In this document: piece after piece, positions 9,229 to 18,376 of the stretch
How the letters are laid out: every line of letters starts with the position of its first letter
How positions within the stretch are numbered: position 1 is the stretch's first letter
Sequence record: NC_028999.1
Direction: 5' to 3' (one strand)
DNA length: 64,000 nucleotides
Program-made: the position numbers and the translations under genes
Notes under the pieces: model-generated
Database searches by the model: none
Seen by the model: only the letters and a program-made list of their open reading frames with translations
Told to the model about the DNA's origin: nothing

Positions 9229-10620
9229 ATGGAAAACGTACTGGCCGAACTGAAACCCATTAAGGAAGGTTTCGGTGTCGTTGAAGAGACTCGCAAACTA
9301 GCGCGTATCGTCGAGATCGATGACGTAATCAAACACCCCAATGCCGATGCACTTGAACTGGCCATCGTTGGTGGTTGGCAACTGTGTGTGAAACTCGGTG
9401 AATACAAGAAGGGTGATCGCGCGATTTATTGCGAGATTGATTCTCTCCTGCCCCTGTCCAATATCGAACTCTTCGGTTTCCTCGAAGCGCGTCGTTCGGA
9501 CAACCGTCGTGTTAACGGCGTGAACTACCACCGGCTGAAGACCATCAAACTGCGTAAGGAACTTTCGCAGGGTCTGCTGGTGCCGGTACCGGCTGAATTC
9601 AAAGATGAACCAGTTGATACCAACCTGACCCTGAAGCTGGGTATTCTGAAATATGAATCCGCTCCGCAGATGGAACCCAAGGCTCGTATCGGTCGTGACG
9701 CCCCGTTCTTCGTGAAACTGGGCGCTCGGCTGATCGGTGATCTGGGCGGTGCTCTGCTCCCGTGGCCGAGCATGCTGACTAAGTCGGACCAAGATCGCAT
9801 TCAGAACAAAGGCGTAGCTTTCCATACTGTCAAGGAACAAGGTGACGACATGGAAGTCACCTACAAACTCGACGGTAGCTCGATGACCGTGTTCTGTGTG
9901 AATGACAAGGTTGTCCGCACTGGCGTCTGTTCGCGTAACTACGAACTGGGTACCAGTGAAGCCAACTGGACCTTCACTGAACAAGTACGTTACTGGCTGG
10001 GGAACTTCCTGATCCGTAACCGTAACGTGTTCAAGCTGAGGACCTGGTTCCGTCGTGAAGACGGCGTCCTGGAAGGTCCGCGTAAACCACGTTGGGGTCT
10101 GATCATTCCGGAATGGGTGAAGCGTGTCGATACCTCCGACAACAACTTCATCCGCGTTACTCGTGAACTTAAGATCCGCGAGAAGCTGGTGGACTACCTC
10201 CAGGCTACTGGTCGCTTCATTACTGTTCAAGGTGAACTGATTGGTCCGGATATCCAGGACAACTTTGAAGGTGTGGACAAGCCCGAATACTACGTGTACT
10301 CGGTGTACGAAGATGGTAACATCGTACTGCTCCCGAAAGAAGCACGTAAAATCGTAGCTGAACTCGGTCTGAACTACGTACCGCTGTTTGATCCCGAGTG
10401 GAAACCTACCGCTGAAACCACCGGCAAAGATGTTCTGGCGATGGCTGAAGGTCCGTCTGCGTTCAAGAACAAACGGGGCTACCGGGAAGGTCTGGTGTTC
10501 AAGTCCAATCAACGAGTACTGTCTTGGAAGGCAATCTCGAATCGCTACCTTCTGAAGCAAGAAGAAGAGCTGGAAAAGAAAGCCAAAGCCGAAGAAGCAG
10601 CTGAAGCTGTAGTAGCCTAA
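9229..10620 (+). CDS. ATP-dependent RNA ligase (Rnl2/DRB0094-like) with N-terminal OB-like domain
   Basis: Motif I YKLDGSS, QGELIG and motif IV EGLVFK; N-terminal HPNADALE...GW..V...G..K.GD...Y.EIDS.LP. Confidence 0.9.
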   Translation: MENVLAELKPIKEGFGVVEETRKLARIVEIDDVIKHPNADALELAIVGGWQLCVKLGEYKKGDRAIYCEIDSLLPLSNIELFGFLEARRSDNRRVNGVNYHRLKTIKLRKELSQGLLVPVPAEFKDEPVDTNLTLKLGILKYESAPQMEPKARIGRDAPFFVKLGARLIGDLGGALLPWPSMLTKSDQDRIQNKGVAFHTVKEQGDDMEVTYKLDGSSMTVFCVNDKVVRTGVCSRNYELGTSEANWTFTEQVRYWLGNFLIRNRNVFKLRTWFRREDGVLEGPRKPRWGLIIPEWVKRVDTSDNNFIRVTRELKIREKLVDYLQATGRFITVQGELIGPDIQDNFEGVDKPEYYVYSVYEDGNIVLLPKEARKIVAELGLNYVPLFDPEWKPTAETTGKDVLAMAEGPSAFKNKRGYREGLVFKSNQRVLSWKAISNRYLLKQEEELEKKAKAEEAAEAVVA

Positions 10621-10621
10621 C

Positions 10622-10656
10622 GGCATACGGGGAGGCTTCGGCCTCCCTTTCTATTT
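10622..10656 (+). terminator. Terminator hairpin with GGCATA flank
   Basis: GGCATAC-GGGGAGGC-TTCG-GCCTCCC-TTTCTATTT. Confidence 0.85.
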
Positions 10657-10673
10657 AACAAGAGGCCATTACA

Positions 10674-10970
10674 ATGCGTTTAGTTTGGAAAGACCAAAGC
10701 GATGTGATGCTCGACTCCATCACGAAATTGGCTACACCGATTCCCATGGATCTAATACCCATGATCCGACGTGCATTGGAGGGGTTTGAAAAGCCCTACC
10801 ATATTTCCATCACGCTGGTTCTGAAAACCGACTGGCTTAATCTGTTCGCAAGAAAGTGGAACAGCATACCAACCCAGCGATACCACCTGCGGATGGAATA
10901 CAATACAGGATACGTCTGGGATACGCTGATTGATGCTAAGGGTACATGCACTAAGAGGGCCATTCAATGA
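10674..10970 (+). CDS. Hypothetical protein
   Basis: ORF track; AGAGG RBS. Confidence 0.75.
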   Translation: MRLVWKDQSDVMLDSITKLATPIPMDLIPMIRRALEGFEKPYHISITLVLKTDWLNLFARKWNSIPTQRYHLRMEYNTGYVWDTLIDAKGTCTKRAIQ

Positions 10971-11434
10971 GTTGGCAACTACCCTACAACCATCCCAAGC
11001 GTAAGCTGGTTAAAACCAATCCATTGACTTGGATTCCTTATTTCATCCAATGGCTTCGCACCGGTAAGGGTTACCATAACCTGACCCCCATTGGTGAATT
11101 GTGGGCGTTGGGTTTGATCTTGCTGGTATGGCTCTTCTACATCTCCTATGCATGGTTCCTTTACGCGTTTCGTGCAAAGATGTGGATTGGTCGTGCTGAT
11201 CAGCTCGGGGACTGGATGCGGCAGAACTATAATCGTTATCAGTGCGATATGGCGTATTCTGCTGAAACGTTCAATGAACCCGATGCAATCGTAACGATCA
11301 CTATCCGTAAACACCCGATCTTCATAGGTCCAGAATTCATGCGGATTGAATCTCCGGGTTTCCGTGGGAAGATCCTGGAAGATAAAGTCTATTACTGGGA
11401 AAATAGGATTCCTGATGATCTCACGAAAAAGTAA
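10967..11434 (+). CDS. Membrane protein
   Basis: ATGA overlap; TM segment WALGLILLVWLFYISYAWFL. Confidence 0.8.
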   Translation: MSWQLPYNHPKRKLVKTNPLTWIPYFIQWLRTGKGYHNLTPIGELWALGLILLVWLFYISYAWFLYAFRAKMWIGRADQLGDWMRQNYNRYQCDMAYSAETFNEPDAIVTITIRKHPIFIGPEFMRIESPGFRGKILEDKVYYWENRIPDDLTKK

Positions 11435-11777
11435 TAAGCCTATTACGGGCTGTGAACCAAACTTGGCTACTATCATCATTATTGGTGGGTATTGCCTGGT
11501 GGTCTGTTTGCTCCACGTATTGTTCGTGGGGTGGTGGAAGTTCCTGTTTTGTCGGAAAGAATGGCATGTACTCGACTTGGGTGTGGCTACCGAAGACGAT
11601 ATCAACTGCCATTTTGCGCGTTCCGGTAAACTGGTTGAAAATGAACTGCATTCGATGTTGCATCGGTTCAATCGTCGTAAATGTGTTTACTGGGAAATTC
11701 GCCAACATCCGTTCTTTGTAGGGAACGATATTCTTATTATTCGCCAAGGTAATTTCAGGCGATGGGTCGTTGTTTAA
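11415..11777 (+). CDS. Membrane protein
   Basis: Hydrophobic segment LATIIIIGGYCLVVCLLHVLFVGWW; start uncertain. Confidence 0.6.
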   Translation: MISRKSNKPITGCEPNLATIIIIGGYCLVVCLLHVLFVGWWKFLFCRKEWHVLDLGVATEDDINCHFARSGKLVENELHSMLHRFNRRKCVYWEIRQHPFFVGNDILIIRQGNFRRWVVV

Positions 11778-11793
11778 AAGATAACTAGGAACA

Positions 11794-11818
11794 CTAATAC
11801 TCTGCTAATTGCTGTAAG
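11794..11818 (+). promoter_or_regulatory. Possible middle/late promoter variant
   Basis: TAATACTC-N12-TAAG, same spacing as the TACTC-N12-TATG family. Confidence 0.4.
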
Positions 11819-11826
11819 GAGTTGTT

Positions 11827-12036
11827 GTGAACGAGCAAGAAAAGCTCAAGGAACTCAGTATCCGTGTACATCAGACTGGGGACTGGCAGATCTTCTGGAC
11901 GGTCTTGGTAATATTCTGGTGTGCCGGGGTTGCAGCAGGTAAAACAACACCTGAGAAATTCTTTGCCTTGATCCCACCCTATGGTGTCTATAAAGGCGTT
12001 GAACTGTTTTTGACCAAGCTAGGATTTTTGATATGA
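11827..12036 (+). CDS. Small membrane protein
   Basis: AAGGAG RBS and GTG start; hydrophobic core. Confidence 0.8.
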   Translation: MNEQEKLKELSIRVHQTGDWQIFWTVLVIFWCAGVAAGKTTPEKFFALIPPYGVYKGVELFLTKLGFLI

Positions 12037-12578
12037 CTCACGAAGAAGTAGTAACCGAACGCACTGAAACTCCCCTGAGCCCTGCGCAGGTCTACGACAT
12101 CGCTCGTGCTATCCCTCTAGTGGCACAGCGCATCAAAACTGAATGCATGGATGACGTGACTCCGGAAGAAAAAGACTTCAACGCTGACGTGGAACGTAAG
12201 TATAACCATGACAAAGGTCTGAAGCTGCTGGAGTCTATGGGTATTCCGAGTACTGTAGAAGGTGTTGCTGAGAAGACGGATTGGTACTTCCAAGCCGAAC
12301 TCATCGGTCCGGTACGTTACAAGAAAGGTGAATACATCGTTCTGTACCCGCAGGTGGGTTATTCTCCGCAGGATGTCACTCAGGGTACTCTGATCGCTGA
12401 AGTCCTTACCGATATTGAATTCCCGTCTGACGTTGATCTCAAGTCATCTTTTGGTGAAAATCTGGAATACGCATTGCGTCCCTATGTTGATGCTGGTCAG
12501 CTTCGTCTGATCAAGCCCACTGGCGCACGTATGTATACCAGTTATTCCAAATGGTCCTTCGAGGATAAATTTAAATGA
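12033..12578 (+). CDS. Hypothetical protein, distant KAGE...QGKLKP family member
   Basis: YKKGEYIVL...EVLTDIEFP...YVDAGQLRLIKPT. Confidence 0.8.
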   Translation: MTHEEVVTERTETPLSPAQVYDIARAIPLVAQRIKTECMDDVTPEEKDFNADVERKYNHDKGLKLLESMGIPSTVEGVAEKTDWYFQAELIGPVRYKKGEYIVLYPQVGYSPQDVTQGTLIAEVLTDIEFPSDVDLKSSFGENLEYALRPYVDAGQLRLIKPTGARMYTSYSKWSFEDKFK

Positions 12579-13162
12579 CAACCCTGAAAGAACAGCTGGA
12601 ACAACTGGGACTGACGGAGGAATTCAAAAACCTCTTCATGTTCCAACACCATGATGGAGAATTTTATCTTCAAAATGGCGTCAAAGATAAAGCTCGCGAA
12701 TGGCTCATCTCGAAAGGGGTGAGCGCTGCGGAATTTATTCCTAAGTTCCCAAAGCAGCCCACTAAGGTTCTTAAGTACGGAGACTTCTGTGTGAATCAGT
12801 GGGCTGTTGTGGCTCGTGCTAAGGTACAAGCCTACATTGATCTTAAGCTGAAACCGACTTATCAAGCGTTCTGCTATGAGATGGCTGTTCTTAAAGTGGT
12901 TGACCCCGAGCTTCTCCGAGGTTACCCAACAACAGTGGCGTTGCTTGAGCAATTCTTTAAGGAACACAATCTCGTGCTCCGACAGGAATTCCTTAACCCG
13001 TCACTGTTTGAATACGTAAACTCAGTCACTAATTACGAGCATTACGTAGCCTCACGTTACCAGATGCTGAACGGTTATCCGGAGTATTTCCATGACATTG
13101 TATCGGAAAGCAGCCGGGCGCCCGAGTACATCCATGATGGGTGGGCCAGCATCGGCGTATAA
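12575..13162 (+). CDS. Hypothetical protein
   Basis: ORF track; ATGA overlap. Confidence 0.8.
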   Translation: MTTLKEQLEQLGLTEEFKNLFMFQHHDGEFYLQNGVKDKAREWLISKGVSAAEFIPKFPKQPTKVLKYGDFCVNQWAVVARAKVQAYIDLKLKPTYQAFCYEMAVLKVVDPELLRGYPTTVALLEQFFKEHNLVLRQEFLNPSLFEYVNSVTNYEHYVASRYQMLNGYPEYFHDIVSESSRAPEYIHDGWASIGV

Positions 13163-13433
13163 GAAAGTCGAACGTATGGGGAGTCGGGTTCCACCCGATC
13201 CCCTGTTTGACCGTGCGGTATTTGTACCAAAAGACGATCCCATTCCCCACAGTAAGGAAATCCGTGGGGAAGTCGTTCGTGATGAACCAAAGTGCAGCAC
13301 TCCGCTATCCACGGTGAATAATACTGAGGAGTTCCCAACTATAAGAACCTCAGTGATCATTCTACTACTCTTGTCGGGTATTGGAACGATTATTGCTGAT
13401 ACAATTGCTAACGCCTTAAGAGCAACCCACTGA
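13092..13433 (+). CDS. Hypothetical protein with C-terminal TM
   Basis: ORF track; start uncertain. Confidence 0.6.
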   Translation: MTLYRKAAGRPSTSMMGGPASAYKKVERMGSRVPPDPLFDRAVFVPKDDPIPHSKEIRGEVVRDEPKCSTPLSTVNNTEEFPTIRTSVIILLLLSGIGTIIADTIANALRATH

Positions 13434-13450
13434 CCTTAGGAACGATTGTC

Positions 13451-13759
13451 ATGAGTATTAAAGCCATTTGTAGTGAGCTTCTTTCCTGTGTTGATTTCGC
13501 CTTGACTATGGGGTTGGCGAATCGGTTGTTTGGCCAGGAACGCATAGAAGGGACTGGGGTGGAAGTGTCCCAGGTCATGGCTCATTATGAGAAATATGGT
13601 TGGAACGAAGAACGGAGTCTAGAGCTGGATCGGATGATCTATGAACTCGATGCGGACGCTCATTGGGTAGCTAAGATTATCCCATCGATGTTCAAGCCTG
13701 GCAAAGCCCGGTTTGTATTTCAAGGTGGTGGTTTCACCATAGACTACAACTTCGTTTAG
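13451..13759 (+). CDS. Hypothetical protein
   Basis: ORF track; AGGA RBS. Confidence 0.75.
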   Translation: MSIKAICSELLSCVDFALTMGLANRLFGQERIEGTGVEVSQVMAHYEKYGWNEERSLELDRMIYELDADAHWVAKIIPSMFKPGKARFVFQGGGFTIDYNFV

Positions 13760-13769
13760 GATAATACAA

Positions 13770-14273
13770 ATGGAAAAGGTGTGGACATGCACCGAGGAAT
13801 ACCTCGAAGCATGGATGCGTTGCCTGTGGTTAGAACAGCCCATGCGTCTACCAGAAGCCGATCTGAATTATCTGGTAGGTAAGTTCTATCAAGCCGTGAA
13901 GATCTTCCATCAACGTGGGCCTACCACCAATGCCGCTATGTGGAATGGCTTGACTCGATACTGGTGGGCATGGCGATTTCTAACCGAAGAGCAACAGCGG
14001 GTATGGATGGAACATAATCCCGTGATGTGGGAATACTGGCAAACTGAAACAGCCTGTCATATTCCAGCAATGGAAGAAGCCATTAAGGAAGGCAAGGTTA
14101 CCGCCTCGGAAATATTCAGACCCGAAAGATACGTTATGGATATGTACAAGGTCGCAATGGCGTTCATTGGAATGCCAACTCAAGCTCAACAGGTGGCTTT
14201 GATTGAGAAACTTAAACCTGAGGTGGATAAATGCAAGTTGGAATTGGCGAAGGCTAAGCTGGGGTTAGCTTAA
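13770..14273 (+). CDS. Trp-rich hypothetical protein
   Basis: ORF track; AGGA RBS. Confidence 0.8.
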   Translation: MEKVWTCTEEYLEAWMRCLWLEQPMRLPEADLNYLVGKFYQAVKIFHQRGPTTNAAMWNGLTRYWWAWRFLTEEQQRVWMEHNPVMWEYWQTETACHIPAMEEAIKEGKVTASEIFRPERYVMDMYKVAMAFIGMPTQAQQVALIEKLKPEVDKCKLELAKAKLGLA

Positions 14274-14274
14274 C

Positions 14275-14297
14275 GCTGCCTTCGGGCAGCTTTATGC
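14275..14297 (+). terminator. Terminator hairpin
   Basis: GCTGCC-TTCG-GGCAGC-TTTATGC. Confidence 0.8.
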
Positions 14298-14326
14298 TGT
14301 TTAATCAATGTAAAGAATTTCAAGGC

Positions 14327-14334
14327 TATATTAC
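14327..14334 (+). promoter_or_regulatory. Early promoter box
   Basis: TTTCAAGGC-TATATTAC-AA. Confidence 0.8.
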
Positions 14335-14378
14335 AACAATGAATTTAACCCATCTAAAATCCAATAGGGAAATCAAAT

Positions 14379-14873
14379 ATGTTCTGCGTACAACAACCGA
14401 ATTCTACACCGCAGGTAATGCTGCAAGGTCCAGGTCCCACAATGAATAAATTAGATGCTCTGTACCTGATCCAGAAGGCCCAACTCGAAGCCATTCTGGG
14501 TGTCTACACAAGTCACTACCGAAAAGATGCCTGTAATGACTTCCAATCCCTCACCTTTGGTATGGATGGCAAAGACGCTACCGTCTATGCCGGTTGGATG
14601 TCTGAAGGTGGTTCTCGGAGTGTGGCTCATTTCAAGGTCGTCAACCTACGGACCAATCAATCATGGCTGTTCTGTCAGAACTACAATTTCAACGTCGCAA
14701 TGAACGTTGAGATCTGGAAAGGTGACGTGGACAATAATGAGAAACTCAAAGATGGTAATGAGGGCTTCACTCTGGACGAAAGCAATGAGTTCGAGTGGGC
14801 ATTGGGTTACTTGACCGAGAGTTTGGCCGAATGGATGGAGTACCATCCAACCAACAAAGATACAATCAACTGA
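14379..14873 (+). CDS. Hypothetical early protein
   Basis: ORF track; between the promoter and a terminator. Confidence 0.8.
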   Translation: MFCVQQPNSTPQVMLQGPGPTMNKLDALYLIQKAQLEAILGVYTSHYRKDACNDFQSLTFGMDGKDATVYAGWMSEGGSRSVAHFKVVNLRTNQSWLFCQNYNFNVAMNVEIWKGDVDNNEKLKDGNEGFTLDESNEFEWALGYLTESLAEWMEYHPTNKDTIN

Positions 14874-14874
14874 C

Positions 14875-14911
14875 GGCATAAGCCCTCTCCTTCGGGAGAG
14901 GGCGCTATGTC
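14875..14911 (+). terminator. GGCATA-hairpin-TATGTC element
   Basis: GGCATAA-GCCCTCTCC-TTCG-GGAGAGGGC-GCTATGTC. Confidence 0.85.
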
Positions 14912-14980
14912 TATTTCTTTGGACTGGAAAAATATATCTGAGGTATACATTATCTGGGCGATGGCTGTAAGGAGCAGTAG

Positions 14981-15505
14981 ATGTCGACAGAAGAAATCCA
15001 TCCAGTGGTAAAAAACATCATCTACGAGGCTCTACGCAAAGGGCACGACGCCGTGAGCGCGATGGAGATGTACGAAGGGTTCTTATTGGACCTGGTCGAT
15101 AATGGGGTAAAAAGAAAAGGTATGTTGACGGCCTACGCTCAGAGTGGGTTTTTCATCAATATGAAATATCCTAAGACCACGCCACCTATAGCTCGTTACA
15201 TTACTCCCACTGGAGAACATTTAGGATTCATCGAGATCTTTACCCCGTATGACAACGTACGCAATAAAAGGCAAGCGGAGGAATACGATCATGGAACGCG
15301 CTGGTTCACTGTCATGTATGACCGCATCATGTACTTCGGTGCAGATGAGGGTAATTGCCTGACTATTGCTGAAATCAAGAAGACGTATACTGCATTAAAA
15401 GAGGTACCTCCGGATGATTTTATCTGGACGCGTAATGGGTATTTCTTTGATCCAACAGAATCCATTTTCAAACAAGCACTAGGAGAAACTAATGAATCTC
15501 AGTAA
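14981..15505 (+). CDS. Hypothetical protein
   Basis: ORF track; AAGGAG RBS. Confidence 0.8.
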   Translation: MSTEEIHPVVKNIIYEALRKGHDAVSAMEMYEGFLLDLVDNGVKRKGMLTAYAQSGFFINMKYPKTTPPIARYITPTGEHLGFIEIFTPYDNVRNKRQAEEYDHGTRWFTVMYDRIMYFGADEGNCLTIAEIKKTYTALKEVPPDDFIWTRNGYFFDPTESIFKQALGETNESQ

Positions 15506-16406
15506 AGAAGACATGGGCGTTGTGGTCGCGCACCTGTACGATGCCATCATCAATTGGCGTATTCGCGGGATAAAATTCACCACCGAAGACATGGTGCGAC
15601 TCGGTAAACAGTACAATATCACCAAGCGCAGTATTCTAGACATCATTGCCGGGATGATGCGTTGGGATATGATCAATCGACTGACCGCGGTGGCCAGTCT
15701 TGGTGATAGAGCCGATGCTCTTATTGATGGGACTATTCTTGGCTATTATGCCTTCGTGGCCGAAGATAAGACCATCCGTGATATCCCGCAGTTGGGATTG
15801 GTTCTAAAAGAAGCGCGGGTCACTCGCAGTGAAGAGTGGTACCAGAAAGGCCATCTCGTTGTGGCCATGACCCGTGAAAGCTTGATTTCCAACATCGCTG
15901 CAACCGTCCAAGTAAAGCGAGCCGATGGAGATTGGCGTTCTAATGACGAATACAGTTCGGGTTTCGCTGACTACGTCACAGCCATCGCGCGCCGACTCTT
16001 TGTCGAGTTTATTGATCGCGGTATTCAGACTAATTGTCAGGATGTAGACCAGCTCATCAAAAGAATGCAGATCATTGGAGCTGTCGACTATAACGGTTAT
16101 TTCGTTAACTTTGACAACAGGAAGTACTTGATTAGCTTCCGGGATAACATTGATATCGATGAGCTGTGCGATTATCAAACCCGTAAAGCTGAATACGTAC
16201 TGGGTCCACAACATGAAGAATGCATCAGTGAACGCGACTTTAAAGCATTTACTGAAACCATGAGTGATATCGGTTTCGTGGTTGCACAGAACGACATTTC
16301 TTCTTCCCATATGTCGTTCGCGTTGGGCGGTGTATACCCATTGCGTGTTACCGTTCAAGTTATAGGTCTAGAAGAACCTTTTAAGCCTTTCATGATCAAG
16401 GAGTAA
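15492..16406 (+). CDS. Hypothetical protein
   Basis: ORF track; AGGAG RBS. Confidence 0.8.
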   Translation: MNLSKEDMGVVVAHLYDAIINWRIRGIKFTTEDMVRLGKQYNITKRSILDIIAGMMRWDMINRLTAVASLGDRADALIDGTILGYYAFVAEDKTIRDIPQLGLVLKEARVTRSEEWYQKGHLVVAMTRESLISNIAATVQVKRADGDWRSNDEYSSGFADYVTAIARRLFVEFIDRGIQTNCQDVDQLIKRMQIIGAVDYNGYFVNFDNRKYLISFRDNIDIDELCDYQTRKAEYVLGPQHEECISERDFKAFTETMSDIGFVVAQNDISSSHMSFALGGVYPLRVTVQVIGLEEPFKPFMIKE

Positions 16407-16409
16407 GTC

Positions 16410-17042
16410 ATGCACCAGGCTATCAATATTGCAAACATGGCGAATCAGGTAAAAGCGATTGTCCGTCAATATCCCACAACACTACACATCGATACCAACA
16501 ACAGCATCAACAAGGCAGCATATTTCTGCGTCAGTGCCTCCAATGCCTTGGGGTTGACTCGTTCGGATAAAACCACTCCGGCGTGGTATCACCAATACTG
16601 GGCAGTGGAAGTTGGCAAGCTGTTTGGGTTGGCACCGGGGGATCTGACCATTCTGTGGTTGCACGATATCGTGGAAGACACTGGCTGGACTCATGAGCAG
16701 ATCTTCCAGCATTTCAGTGGTTATGTGGCTAAGGGTGTTAAAGCCCTAACCCATGAGAAACCTGAAGGTATGGTTCGTTGTGAGTGGATCGCGCTATATC
16801 ACCAGCAATTGGCCGATTCTATCGACACCTATCAGACTATCAAACTGATCGAGTCGATGACTAATCTCTGCACGATTCTGGATGGATCGAAGAAACAAAA
16901 ATTTGCTAAGGTATGGTTGGCTGAGCAGGTCCAGCTACATACCAAACTCGTTAAGGCCCATCCGGTTGTACGCGACGTTTATCATCACCTGCTATCTGAA
17001 ACCCTGGATCGTTACAACGAACTGGTGAATCAAGCAGCATAA
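16410..17042 (+). CDS. HD-domain hydrolase, SpoT/Mesh1-like (divergent)
   Basis: WLHDIVEDT, V..LTHEK and TIKLIESMTN (canonical KLADxxxN). Confidence 0.75.
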   Translation: MHQAINIANMANQVKAIVRQYPTTLHIDTNNSINKAAYFCVSASNALGLTRSDKTTPAWYHQYWAVEVGKLFGLAPGDLTILWLHDIVEDTGWTHEQIFQHFSGYVAKGVKALTHEKPEGMVRCEWIALYHQQLADSIDTYQTIKLIESMTNLCTILDGSKKQKFAKVWLAEQVQLHTKLVKAHPVVRDVYHHLLSETLDRYNELVNQAA

Positions 17043-17080
17043 TGAATATCCCTCCCTTCGGGGAGGGTTTATTCAATTTT
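17043..17080 (+). terminator. Terminator hairpin
   Basis: CCCTCCC-TTCG-GGAGGG with TGAATA/TATTCA flanks and a T tract. Confidence 0.85.
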
Positions 17081-17109
17081 CTTTTTTAGATTTAAAGCAA
17101 TTAAAAGGC

Positions 17110-17117
17110 TATATTAC
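17110..17117 (+). promoter_or_regulatory. Early promoter box
   Basis: TTAAAAGGC-TATATTAC-AA. Confidence 0.8.
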
Positions 17118-17152
17118 AAACTCGAATATCCATTAGGAAAACGGAGTTTGGT

Positions 17153-17491
17153 ATGGACCGCATTAATCTACTCATTACTAACAACAAAGAACGCTACGGC
17201 GTTCGTTCTCCCTTCACTGACATTGACGTAGTGAAACACCCGGTGGTAAATGTGGCAGTACGCCGTGATAACCGTCTGGTCATTATGGAGCTGGCGCGCG
17301 ATAAAGCAGCCAATCTGGTAATTGTGATGGACTTCAAACGTGCTGGTGTACGCAGCGCACTGGATTCCTTCTTACGTGCAATTAATATTCCTTGCACCTA
17401 CGACTTGGTCGGTACCTACAATTATAACGGGGCTGAACCGATCGAGCGCACGTTTCGAACCAACCAATACTTGATTCAGGGGGCGGCATGA
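17153..17491 (+). CDS. Hypothetical early protein
   Basis: ORF track; GGAG RBS; ends in QGAA. Confidence 0.8.
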   Translation: MDRINLLITNNKERYGVRSPFTDIDVVKHPVVNVAVRRDNRLVIMELARDKAANLVIVMDFKRAGVRSALDSFLRAINIPCTYDLVGTYNYNGAEPIERTFRTNQYLIQGAA

Positions 17492-17838
17492 AATACCTAG
17501 TGCTGATCTGGTTACTACTGTTTGTCGGATGTCAACCGTCGTTTGCTGAACGTGATATCCAGATCACCGATAAATCCTGCCAAGTGGCTGTAGACATTGC
17601 TAAAGTGGCAATGAGCCATTATCGCAAAGGGGCTAATCAATACGACGTAATGTCGGCAGTAAATGGATTCAAGGTAGAAAATAACGAGGAAGCATACGCT
17701 GGTAAAGTGTATGCTCAACTCGCTGTCTTGGATATACAAAAGAACATTCGTCGAGGTTACACCAACACCGATATCCTGAAAGTCTATGTTGAAAACTGTA
17801 AAGGTATTCGGGGTTCCAAATTCGCAAAAGGAAAATAA
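17488..17838 (+). CDS. Secreted/lipoprotein-like protein
   Basis: Signal-peptide-like MKYLVLIWLLLFVGC. Confidence 0.75.
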   Translation: MKYLVLIWLLLFVGCQPSFAERDIQITDKSCQVAVDIAKVAMSHYRKGANQYDVMSAVNGFKVENNEEAYAGKVYAQLAVLDIQKNIRRGYTNTDILKVYVENCKGIRGSKFAKGK

Positions 17839-17840
17839 CC

Positions 17841-17906
17841 ATGAAGCGCAGCACTGTCATCATTGCTATTGCAGCCGTCATTATTGCATGTTGTATTTTT
17901 GAGTAA
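17841..17906 (+). CDS. 21-aa membrane peptide (not in ORF track)
   Basis: AAGGA RBS; MKRSTVIIAIAAVIIACCIFE. Confidence 0.55.
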   Translation: MKRSTVIIAIAAVIIACCIFE

Positions 17907-17908
17907 AC

Positions 17909-17942
17909 GGCCATAAGCCCTCCCTTCGGGGAGGGCCGTGCC
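17909..17942 (+). terminator. Hairpin element
   Basis: GGCCATAA-GCCCTCCC-TTCG-GGGAGGGC-CGTGCC. Confidence 0.85.
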
Positions 17943-17963
17943 TACTAAATTTTTTTTCACATC

Positions 17964-17971
17964 TATATTAC
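17964..17971 (+). promoter_or_regulatory. Early promoter box
   Basis: ATC-TATATTAC-G after a T run. Confidence 0.8.
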
Positions 17972-17997
17972 GCTAATGGCAAACAAAGGAAACTGTA

Positions 17998-18162
17998 ATG
18001 ACCCACGAAGAAAAGAAACTAGGTTGGCACGCTGTCCTTGCAGTTGTACTGGTGGGGGCGTTCGTCATCTTTTCAATCTATCATCAGGGTAAACGTAAGC
18101 AAGAACAATGCGAACGTTATCCGCTCATCTGTAAGTCGGAATCAACCAATGAATCAAAGTGA
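17998..18162 (+). CDS. 54-aa membrane protein (not in ORF track)
   Basis: AAGGA RBS; MTHEEKKLGWHAVLAVVLVGAFVIFSIY...CERYPLIC. Confidence 0.7.
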   Translation: MTHEEKKLGWHAVLAVVLVGAFVIFSIYHQGKRKQEQCERYPLICKSESTNESK

Positions 18163-18376
18163 CTATTTACATACGCTCGACCGCAGCCAGTCTCGTGGTA
18201 CTGACCGTGTTGCGGCTTTGATGCGAACTGCGACTCTGGCACTGGAACGACATCCTGACTTGAAAGATAGGCTGAAGTCAGTTGAAGTAAATTGGGTTGG
18301 CGAGGGGAATGAACGCCAACCCAATATTCGGATTGAATTCACTGATGGTGAGGTGCGTAACCATGTCCCGGATTAA
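18149..18376 (+). CDS. Hypothetical protein
   Basis: ORF track; start trimmed to MNQSDY. Confidence 0.7.
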   Translation: MNQSDYLHTLDRSQSRGTDRVAALMRTATLALERHPDLKDRLKSVEVNWVGEGNERQPNIRIEFTDGEVRNHVPD

